This document shows, piece after piece, positions 1 to 7,608 of a DNA stretch of 63,138 nt; the first letter of the stretch is position 1; the number at the start of each line of letters is the position of its first letter. A program made the translations under genes and the position numbers. The DNA comes from an uncultured Verrucomicrobiales bacterium (GTDB lineage: Bacteria; Verrucomicrobiota; Verrucomicrobiia; Limisphaerales; UBA1100), in NCBI GenBank assembly GCA_964013675.1, contig CAXGXE010000002.1, positions 1-63,138 on the forward strand, read 5' to 3'. Under the pieces are notes generated by a model. The model had not been told where the DNA came from and did no database searches. It saw nothing but the letters and a program-made list of their open reading frames with translations.

Positions 1-149
1 CGCAGGAACAACTTAGCCGCGAACCGCGCCAACGACCGGTGATGCGACTGAATCCAGCCGTCACCAATATCCACGATTTTGTGTTCGAGGATTTCACGCT
101 CGAAGAATACGACCCGCATCCGCACATCAAGGCCCCGGTGGCGGTATAG
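1..149 (+). CDS. thyA: Thymidylate synthase ThyA, 3' end (gene runs off the left edge)
   Basis: Frame 3 reads [48 protein letters not shown]. This is the canonical ThyA C-terminus (E. coli ends ...[21 protein letters not shown]). Stop TAG at 147-149. Confidence 0.85.
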   Translation, partial: QEQLSREPRQRPVMRLNPAVTNIHDFVFEDFTLEEYDPHPHIKAPVAV

Positions 150-160
150 GAGAATAGTTC

Positions 161-1015
161 ATGGCCCCTCGTCGAAAGGAGAATCCATGGGCCGGCGTTA
201 TTTCAGCAACGATTGTGATTTCAATCGTTCTATACATGGGGTCTCAGGAATTTCGCGATTTAGTTCACATGCTGTTTTACTTGGCGGTTGTGATTGCGAT
301 CTTTTGGGCGGCGTATTTTGTTTGGAGATGGTATAAAACTAACCAATCAATCAAGGGGGAGAGTTTGGCTGTTGATAAAGGCTGGGTTGAAAAACCGAGG
401 AGGAAAACGAGATATTCAAAAGAGAAAGCCGTTGATCAACGAGAGAACAAATATAACGAGAAGGAAGGGGAGAAGGTTTGGGTTGATCGATCCCAAGATA
501 TAAGAATGCGATTACTGGAAATCGATTGGTTCCAATTTGAGAAATTGGTGGCGATGATTTACGAAAGCCGTGGGTATTTGGTTAAGCACGAAGGAGGAGC
601 TAAGCCTGATGAAGGAATAGATTTATTGGTAGATTCGAAAGAAGGTCCATTTGTTGTTCAATGTAAACATTGGAGAAAAAAGGATATAAGTGTTAAGGAG
701 ATTCGGGAGTTGTTAGGAACCATGATGGATCAGGGTATCCCCCATGGCGTTTTTGTAACAATGCACGGTTATACTAAGCCCGCAAAAGATTTGGCTGATC
801 GAAATAATGTCATTTTATGTGATGCCAAATACCTTGAATCTTTGATCAATTCATCAGCAGCGAAAGATAAATTGAAAATGTTGGAATTGCTTTATTCAAC
901 TGAAAAAGAATGTCCTAGATGTCGAAATATGATGGTGAATGAATCTTACACCAGTTCGAGGCGGACGCTTCACAGGTGGCGTTGTCCAAGCTGTAGATAT
1001 GTGTTGAAAACATGA
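161..1015 (+). CDS. Membrane-anchored Mrr-type (PD-(D/E)xK) restriction-endonuclease-domain protein with C-terminal zinc ribbon
   Basis: Two N-terminal hydrophobic helices (VISATIVISIVLYM, LFYLAVVIAIFWAAYFVW) are followed by a K/E-rich linker. The Mrr_cat-like core is WFQFEKLVAMIYESRGY...EGIDLLVDS...FVVQCKHW (D...QxK). The C-terminus has CPRC...CPSC. Spot GC counts are clearly lower than in the neighbours. ATG lies 11 nt after the thyA stop and the TGA overlaps the folA ATG. Confidence 0.75.
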   Translation: MAPRRKENPWAGVISATIVISIVLYMGSQEFRDLVHMLFYLAVVIAIFWAAYFVWRWYKTNQSIKGESLAVDKGWVEKPRRKTRYSKEKAVDQRENKYNEKEGEKVWVDRSQDIRMRLLEIDWFQFEKLVAMIYESRGYLVKHEGGAKPDEGIDLLVDSKEGPFVVQCKHWRKKDISVKEIRELLGTMMDQGIPHGVFVTMHGYTKPAKDLADRNNVILCDAKYLESLINSSAAKDKLKMLELLYSTEKECPRCRNMMVNESYTSSRRTLHRWRCPSCRYVLKT

Positions 1016-1494
1016 ACAAATCATTCAAAGCCATCGCCGCGATGTCGCTCAATCGCGTGATTGGCAACGGCCTCGAGATCCCGTGGCATTTGCCGGAAGA
1101 CTTCAAGTGGTTCAAGCAAACCACCATGGGACAAGTGCTGGTGATGGGGCGGCGCACATTCGATTCCATTGGGCGCGCTTTACCCGGACGCGAAACAATG
1201 GTGCTCACGCGCGGTGATTTTTCGCATCCGGATGTGACGGTGATTCGGTCGTTGGACGAAGTGGCTTCGCGGCTGAAAGGGCGCACCGCCTACATCGCCG
1301 GCGGTGCGCAGATTTACGAACAGGCGCTGCCGCAATGCACGGATCTGTTGCTGACCCTGGTGCAGCGCGAAGTGGAGGGCGATGTGTTTTTTCCCACCTT
1401 CGAGGATCAGTTTGAGGAAGAATCTGTGCTGCGTGTGGAGCCGGAATTTTCCATCTTGCATTACCGCAACCGTAGCTTGGGGCAGGGCGACTGA
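1012..1494 (+). CDS. folA: Dihydrofolate reductase
   Basis: 160 aa. Motifs AIAAMSLNRVIGNGLEIPWHLPEDFKWFKQTTMGQVLVMGRRTFDSIG...YIAGGAQIYEQAL are typical FolA. It follows thyA. Confidence 0.9.
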   Translation: MNKSFKAIAAMSLNRVIGNGLEIPWHLPEDFKWFKQTTMGQVLVMGRRTFDSIGRALPGRETMVLTRGDFSHPDVTVIRSLDEVASRLKGRTAYIAGGAQIYEQALPQCTDLLLTLVQREVEGDVFFPTFEDQFEEESVLRVEPEFSILHYRNRSLGQGD

Positions 1495-3074
1495 TGGCGG
1501 ATATGCTCAAATCCACCGGGGCTATGGCCGGCGCTACTCTGGCCAGCCGGGTGCTCGGCATGGTGCGCGAGATCTGTTACGCGCGCTTCATGGGGGACAG
1601 CCTGGTGGCCGGGGCGTTCGTGCTGGCCTTCATGATCCCCAACCTCTTCCGTCGCCTGCTGGGCGAGGGCGCCCTCATGGCGGCGTTCATTCCCGTTTTC
1701 AAGGAACAGGAAAAAACCGCCGGCGAACAGGCCATGTGGCGCACGGCCAATGCCCTGATGAGCGGCCTGATCGTGGTACTGGCCGGCGTGGTAGGCGTGG
1801 GGTTGCTGGGCATCACCGCCGCTCTGGAATGGGGCGAGTGGAACGAAAAAACCACACTGATGCTTGAGTTGTTGCGGTGGGTGTTTCCGTATTTGTTTTT
1901 CATCTGCCTAGCCGCTGTGGCCATGGGCATACTGAATGCGCGCGGGCATTTTTTTCTGCCGGCTCTAGGCGCACTGATCCTGAATGTGGTGATGATCGGC
2001 AGCGTGCTATGGCTGGCGCCGCGCTGGGGAGGTGCACTGAATGACCAGATCTTTGCACTCGCCATTGGCGTACTGGTGGCCGGTGTGGCGCAGCTGCTTT
2101 ATCAACTGCCCACGCTCTGGCGCGAGGGCTTTCGGCCACAGTGGATCTCGCCGTGGGGAGATGATTCGGTCCGCACCATCCTTACTCGGCTCGGCCCCGG
2201 CGTGATCGGCGTGGCGGCGTTTCAGATCAATGTGCTGATTACCTATTGCATCGGGTTTTTTGCCGGCGAACATGTGGTGGCGTCCTACGGCTACGCCGTA
2301 CGCCTGTTGGAATTGCCGCAGGGATTGTTCGCCGTCTCAATGGCAACGTTTCTACTGCCGACCCTCGCGGGGTTGGCGGCTGAGAAAAAGTACGACGACT
2401 TCCGTGGGCAACTGGACGAGGCCGCGCGGCATTTGCTGTTCGTCAATCTGCCGGCCGCCGCCCTGTTGTTTGTGCTGGCGGAACCGATTGTGCAGTTGCT
2501 CTTCCAGTACGGCGAATTTTCTCAAGCTGCTACCGAGCGGGCGGCGTGGGCGCTGCGTTGTTTGGCCCCCGCCTTACCGGGGTATTCGCTGGTGTTGATA
2601 CTGGGTCGGGCGTTTTATGCCTTGGGTGAAGTGAAAACGCCGGTGCGCATCAGCGTGTTTTGTCTGGGGCTGAATCTCGTGCTGGCCTTGGCAATGGTGT
2701 TTCAACTCGACGAAAACTGGCGCCAATGTGCGTTTGGCGTGGCAAATACCATCAGTTCCACCATGAACGCTGCGTTGCTCTGGATCACCTTGAGCCGCCG
2801 TAAGGAATTGACGGGGCTCAAACTGCCTGGCCTAAGCCGTCAGCTGCCCGCCCTGCTGATGATGGCCGCGGCCGCTCTGGGATTGGCCTATTTGTTGCAT
2901 GGATCCGTGGCGCCCCCGGCTGAGTGGGGCGCGGTGCCGCAGCGGTTATGGCAGGTGTTTATCCCCTTGCTCGGAGCGGGTTTGGTGTATTGGTTGCTGG
3001 CCGCCGCCTTGGGGGTGGATTCGGCCCGGGCAATATTGGAAATATTCCGCCGAAAAACCCAAAAAGAGCCCTGA
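1494..3074 (+). CDS. murJ: Lipid II flippase MurJ/MviN
   Basis: 526 aa polytopic membrane protein. The N-terminus GAMAGATLASRVLGMVREICYARFMGDSLVAGAFVLAFMIPNLFRRLLGEGALMAAFIPVF is the MurJ signature. The start overlaps the folA stop (TGATG). Confidence 0.9.
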   Translation: MADMLKSTGAMAGATLASRVLGMVREICYARFMGDSLVAGAFVLAFMIPNLFRRLLGEGALMAAFIPVFKEQEKTAGEQAMWRTANALMSGLIVVLAGVVGVGLLGITAALEWGEWNEKTTLMLELLRWVFPYLFFICLAAVAMGILNARGHFFLPALGALILNVVMIGSVLWLAPRWGGALNDQIFALAIGVLVAGVAQLLYQLPTLWREGFRPQWISPWGDDSVRTILTRLGPGVIGVAAFQINVLITYCIGFFAGEHVVASYGYAVRLLELPQGLFAVSMATFLLPTLAGLAAEKKYDDFRGQLDEAARHLLFVNLPAAALLFVLAEPIVQLLFQYGEFSQAATERAAWALRCLAPALPGYSLVLILGRAFYALGEVKTPVRISVFCLGLNLVLALAMVFQLDENWRQCAFGVANTISSTMNAALLWITLSRRKELTGLKLPGLSRQLPALLMMAAAALGLAYLLHGSVAPPAEWGAVPQRLWQVFIPLLGAGLVYWLLAAALGVDSARAILEIFRRKTQKEP

Positions 3075-3193
3075 AAAACCGCAAAAAGATTGCGATCTTG
3101 CCAGTTGAGGGTACATTGTTTTAACGGGTTGGCGAGGCATGGAACCTGTCTACGGCTGGGGGCCGTTTGCTTCGTAAACTGGATGATTTCCGT

Positions 3194-5155
3194 ATGAAAC
3201 CATTTTTGGCCATAGACGCCGGCGCTGCCAACTTAAAGGTAGCTCTGTTTGATCCACAAAGTAACGGGACGCTAACCTTGGCCCGCTACGAGGTGGTGTC
3301 GCTGGGCCAGCGCGGGTTGGATGAGCCCGATCGCACAGAGTTGCTCAAGGAAACGCTGCAGGAACTCTTCGATCGTCACGAGATCCGCGCCAAAGGTCTG
3401 GAAGCTAATGTTTGTGCCCCGAGCTACCAGTGTTTCACGAAGTTTCTGCGCACCCCCGCGGTGGAAGGATCCAAGGTGGGCCAGATCGTTCAGTACGAGG
3501 CCGCATCACAAGTGCCGTTTCCGCTGGATGAGGTGGAGTGGGGTTTCGAGGTTATGGGCACCGCCGACACGGGCGAGCTGGATGTGATGCTCATGGCGTT
3601 ACGCGAAGAGGTGATCGAGAGCCTTTCTACGGTTTGCAATGACCTCGGCATTCGGCTATCGGTTGTGGATGGCTCCCCTGCGGCCTTGCGCAATGCCTTC
3701 ATGCAAAACTATCCGGAGGTGGAAGGGTGTTCGCTGTTATTGGATATTGGGGCCAAAACCACCAACGTAATCTTCATTGAGGGCGATCAATTTTTTGTGC
3801 GTAGTGTGAATTTTGGGGCGAACTCGATCACGCAGGAATTTTGCAAGGAATCCGGACTCGAATGGCAACAGGCCGAGGAATATAAGCAGGCCTACGGCTA
3901 TGTGCACCTTACCAACACTGAAGAGCCAGCGGATCCTTATCAAGCGATTCTCGTGCGCACGGCACGTAATGTCATGACACGACTACACCAACAGGTGGCG
4001 CAAACTGTGCAGTACTATCGCGCCCAACAGGGTGGGCAATCACCACAGCGAATTTATCTCGCGGGGGGTGGGGCTTCCATGATTTACACGGCCGAATTTT
4101 TTCAGGAAAAATTCACTCTGCCTATTGAATTTTTCAACCCGTTCCGCAATATCCAAGTGGGACCGGAGGTAGATCGCAACACCTTGGCCGGCACCGCGCA
4201 TTGGCTGGGTGAAGTGGCGGGTTTGGGGCTCCGTGCGGCCACTGTGGGATTGACGGAATTCAACCTCCTTCCCAAGCGCGAACGTATCAGCCGCCAAATC
4301 GAAAAACGCAGCCCCTACGCCATTGCCGCCATCTTCTGCGCCGGCTTAATCTTCTTTGTACAGGCCGCGGCTAGCAACAGTATTGAAAAGAAGAAAAAGG
4401 AATCAGCCGGAAAAATCGAAGGGCAGCTTAATGAATATGTCCTTATAGCAAATGACCTTGCTTCAGCTCAATCCAGTTTGTCGCAGGAACAGGAATCCTC
4501 CAAGAAAATGGAACGTGCACTGCAAAGCCGGTATTTTTGGATTAATCTCGTCAACGGGGTGCAGGAGGTGTTGTCCCAAGTGGAACCGGGCGTGTACATT
4601 GTGAGCGGTCCGAATCAGCTGGCGGCCATGACCAACCGGGTGGATCAGTTACAGGCGGAACTACAGGCCCAAAGCATCACCAACGCTCAAACCGCCGTGT
4701 GGATTCAGTCCCTGACACAAACCATGCCCACATTGGCCTCGTCCAATTCCCAAGGGGGCGAGGACATGGAAGGAATGGATGGGGGCATGATGAGCGGCCC
4801 GTCGCCCACCGGAGGAGGATCGATGCCCATGGATTATGGAGCAGGGGGATCCGGCATGATGGGAGGGGATCCGGGAAGTGGCACGGCCCTGGTTGAGCAG
4901 GGGCCGATCGAGATCGTTTATCTCAAGTTGCGCGCCAAGAATGTGTTGCCCCGTAAACGGGAAACGCTCAATCGTGAATACGCCTACTTGGTGGCGGATT
5001 TATTCCGCCGTAGTGAGATGTTTGTGGAGTCTGAAGAAGATACCAAGGTGATCGGGGAAATTCCCAGTATTGATTCCAGGGAGCGTTGGTTTGATTTTGT
5101 GATCGAATTAAAACTGACCAATCCCATTGTAATGACCGATAAGGAGCTCGAATAG
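3194..5155 (+). CDS. pilM: Type IV pilus assembly PilM (actin-like ATPase fold) fused to a PilN-like TM/coiled-coil segment with a long C-terminal extension
   Basis: FLAIDAGAANLKVALF, LLLDIGAKTTNVIF and RIYLAGGGAS are the PilM/FtsA-type phosphate motifs. FNLLPKRERISRQIEKRSPYAIAAIFCAGLIFF is the PilN-type motif plus TM. An alternative TTG start at 3167 lies in the same frame. Confidence 0.75.
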   Translation: MKPFLAIDAGAANLKVALFDPQSNGTLTLARYEVVSLGQRGLDEPDRTELLKETLQELFDRHEIRAKGLEANVCAPSYQCFTKFLRTPAVEGSKVGQIVQYEAASQVPFPLDEVEWGFEVMGTADTGELDVMLMALREEVIESLSTVCNDLGIRLSVVDGSPAALRNAFMQNYPEVEGCSLLLDIGAKTTNVIFIEGDQFFVRSVNFGANSITQEFCKESGLEWQQAEEYKQAYGYVHLTNTEEPADPYQAILVRTARNVMTRLHQQVAQTVQYYRAQQGGQSPQRIYLAGGGASMIYTAEFFQEKFTLPIEFFNPFRNIQVGPEVDRNTLAGTAHWLGEVAGLGLRAATVGLTEFNLLPKRERISRQIEKRSPYAIAAIFCAGLIFFVQAAASNSIEKKKKESAGKIEGQLNEYVLIANDLASAQSSLSQEQESSKKMERALQSRYFWINLVNGVQEVLSQVEPGVYIVSGPNQLAAMTNRVDQLQAELQAQSITNAQTAVWIQSLTQTMPTLASSNSQGGEDMEGMDGGMMSGPSPTGGGSMPMDYGAGGSGMMGGDPGSGTALVEQGPIEIVYLKLRAKNVLPRKRETLNREYAYLVADLFRRSEMFVESEEDTKVIGEIPSIDSRERWFDFVIELKLTNPIVMTDKELE

Positions 5156-6306
5156 TGGATAAACAATTGGTTATTTTTTATCTAAAACGCCATTTACTGG
5201 GCATTGTGGGCCTTCTGTTGGCGGCGGGGTTTGTCGGTGGCGGATTTGTCTTGAACGGAAAAATGACCGCTTCGGTTGAGGCGGCTGATGCTGAATATAA
5301 GAGTGCTGTGGCCAATCGTGACAAGATCCAAAATAGTAGTCTGAAGGTGGATCGAAAAAACGTGGATGTGCTAATTGATGTGAAAACGGAATACACAGAT
5401 TTTGTGGCCAATGCCGGCCAAGTGTTTGGCAGCAAGCTGCCCACGCCGTTGAACAGTAATGATTTTCTGAACTATATGGTGCAGTCCATCGCCCTAATGA
5501 ATGAACAGGCCACCAATAATTTGGTGAATATTCCGAACGATTTGCTGACCCGGGCCGACCTGAGTTTTAGTTTCACCTTTGCTCCACTCATGACGCAGGC
5601 GGAAATTTCCGAGGATAAAATCCCGGAATTACAAGTGCAGATGGAGGATATAAAAAACATCTGTGAAGTCCTTTTCAATAGCCGCATCCAGTCGATTGAG
5701 CAGCTTCAGCGTACTCGCGTGACGACCGAGGATCGCAAGGCATTGGCAAATCCCAATTATTTGGATACACGCCAGTCTTATACCAACAGCATTTCAGTTG
5801 TGCGCCCTTACCGGATCAAGTTTCGCTGTCTCAGCAACGGCATTGCAAAGACCCTTTCGGGGTTTGCTAAACAGAATACTTTTTATGTGGTGCGCACGCT
5901 CGAGGTGACCCCCGCTGGAGCTTCCACCACCACGGGTATGGGTTCAGGTATGGATTCAGGTATGGATTCAGGTATGGATTCAGGTATGGACTCTGAAATG
6001 GGATCAGGACTGGGTTCGGGAGCGGGTTTTGGCATGGTCCCGGGCATGGGGATGAATCCGGGTGGCGCAACGCAACAAACCACCAATATTGTGCTTTCCC
6101 CGCCTTATGTTAGTTACTTGGTGCGTAGCGGGTTAACTGCCCCGCCCGCGACGAATGTGGTTAAGGAAACTTTACTGGAGGTAGTAATGGATTTGGATTC
6201 GGTGAGACGCATTGTGGATCCTGAAGAGCAGGCTCCTGCTCCTCAACCCGCACCCTTGCCCGGGCCGCCTCCCGAACCGGCCCCTGCCCCTGCCCCGGCG
6301 TCATAA
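5155..6306 (+). CDS. Pilus-cluster protein in the PilO position. It has an N-terminal TM, a Gly/Met/Asp/Ser repeat and a Pro-rich tail. The architecture may be Amuc_1100-like.
   Basis: GTG start overlaps the pilMN stop. The TM is LLGIVGLLLAAGFVGGGFVL. Repeat GMGSGMDSGMDSGMDSGMDSEMGSG. C-terminus QAPAPQPAPLPGPPPEPAPAPAPAS. Coding is clear. The family assignment rests only on position and architecture. Confidence 0.5.
   Translation: MDKQLVIFYLKRHLLGIVGLLLAAGFVGGGFVLNGKMTASVEAADAEYKSAVANRDKIQNSSLKVDRKNVDVLIDVKTEYTDFVANAGQVFGSKLPTPLNSNDFLNYMVQSIALMNEQATNNLVNIPNDLLTRADLSFSFTFAPLMTQAEISEDKIPELQVQMEDIKNICEVLFNSRIQSIEQLQRTRVTTEDRKALANPNYLDTRQSYTNSISVVRPYRIKFRCLSNGIAKTLSGFAKQNTFYVVRTLEVTPAGASTTTGMGSGMDSGMDSGMDSGMDSEMGSGLGSGAGFGMVPGMGMNPGGATQQTTNIVLSPPYVSYLVRSGLTAPPATNVVKETLLEVVMDLDSVRRIVDPEEQAPAPQPAPLPGPPPEPAPAPAPAS
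5935..6006 (+). repeat. In-frame 12-bp tandem repeat (ggtatggattca; 3 perfect and 3 degenerate units) encoding (G-M-D/G-S)n
   Basis: Read directly: ggtatgggttca ggtatggattca x3 ggtatggactct gaaatgggatca. Confidence 0.9.
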
Positions 6307-6315
6307 GGTCAGTCC

Positions 6316-7509
6316 ATGGGCTTTCTAGATTCGATCCTTAAAAAGAAAAAGGCACCGGAAGCCGGTGACGAAGATGCGCCGCCTGAGGCAGTGGAGACCC
6401 CCGTGTCGACCGGCCCAAAGCCCAATCCCTTGGCCAAGCTCAAGGGGTTATTGGATCACTTGGAAAAGATCATTTTGGGTTTGGTGTTAGTGGCTGTAGC
6501 CGCGCTATCTGTGCTGAAGCTGTTGGCCGCAAAAAAGGAAATCGCAGTGATCGGTGAAGCGGATCAGGATTCGGTGACTTTGGGAGGTCGAATGCTGGTT
6601 GCTGAAGAAGAAAGCCCGACTAATCTCACGGAACTAATCCGGAAATCGCGAGAGCAACCTGATGCGATCGATTTATCGGGCAGCAATCATTTGGTCTTCA
6701 ATCCCCGTATTTGGAAGGAGATTTTTTTGGCCGACCAAGGCGAGGCATTGTTGATCATGGATTCGCCGGACGAGCCGCTGGGTATTTCCGCACTGGAGGT
6801 GACCAATATCCGACCTTTGAGAGCCACCATGGTTGCGCGGGCCTATCCGCAGGTGAACACCGTACAGTATGAGTTCGCCTTTACGGATATGGAATATCCC
6901 GTGATGCCGTATGCGATGATGGGGGCTAACCCGCTGGCAACATTTTTCCCTCCAACTCCGATGAGTGCCCAATACGCAGCGATGTTGCGTTCACAACAAA
7001 GTGGCTGGCAGCCCGATCCCGATCCGGGAAAACCACCCCGGCCATTGCATGGCTTTACCGGGGGCAACGCCGCATGGCTTCGATTTAATCCGGATTGGGA
7101 ATTTTTGGTACGCTTCAAAAGCGCCTCGATGGTGCCCCAAAACATCGTACTGAGTACCCCTGCCGGCACGACCATTTCTAATGTGGTTCACGAACTGGAC
7201 ATGATTATTGGTACTGGTGGTTTCGTCACACCGTATGAAACCAATTCGGTGCGTCTACTGTCCGGAGTGCCGCATCCCATAATTCGTGGTTATGAGGCGG
7301 ATTTGAAATATGAGACCAAATACCACCAGCCGCCTTTGGCCTTGCCCAGATTTCGGGAAGGTCGGCGTTTGATGATCGATGGGGAAGTGTTCCGGGTATT
7401 TCAAATCACGGCAAACAACGTGTCGTTGGTATCTGATCCTGAATATGGCGGGAACGGTAAGATTTATGATAAACCGCTCCAGCGAGGTGCGGCGCCGGCT
7501 GGGCCTTAA
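6316..7509 (+). CDS. Hypothetical single-pass membrane protein of the pilus cluster (PilP position)
   Basis: 397 aa with one TM (IILGLVLVAVAALSVLKLLAA). It sits between the PilO-position gene and the secretin with 9-nt and 99-nt gaps. I recognise no motif. Confidence 0.6.
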   Translation: MGFLDSILKKKKAPEAGDEDAPPEAVETPVSTGPKPNPLAKLKGLLDHLEKIILGLVLVAVAALSVLKLLAAKKEIAVIGEADQDSVTLGGRMLVAEEESPTNLTELIRKSREQPDAIDLSGSNHLVFNPRIWKEIFLADQGEALLIMDSPDEPLGISALEVTNIRPLRATMVARAYPQVNTVQYEFAFTDMEYPVMPYAMMGANPLATFFPPTPMSAQYAAMLRSQQSGWQPDPDPGKPPRPLHGFTGGNAAWLRFNPDWEFLVRFKSASMVPQNIVLSTPAGTTISNVVHELDMIIGTGGFVTPYETNSVRLLSGVPHPIIRGYEADLKYETKYHQPPLALPRFREGRRLMIDGEVFRVFQITANNVSLVSDPEYGGNGKIYDKPLQRGAAPAGP

Positions 7510-7608
7510 TGTTTTTAACCTTGCCTATTTGTAGGCATTTGTTAGCTTTCCTCTCGGCGCATTAGCCGAGGCCGCTGGGGGGCGGTTGCATTATCCATAG
7601 GGGGCGAT

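Noticed and set aside
5935-6075. Short tandem repeats that might have been a CRISPR-like or intergenic array.
   Set aside because: The units are 12 bp, contiguous with no spacers, and lie in frame inside a well-supported CDS.
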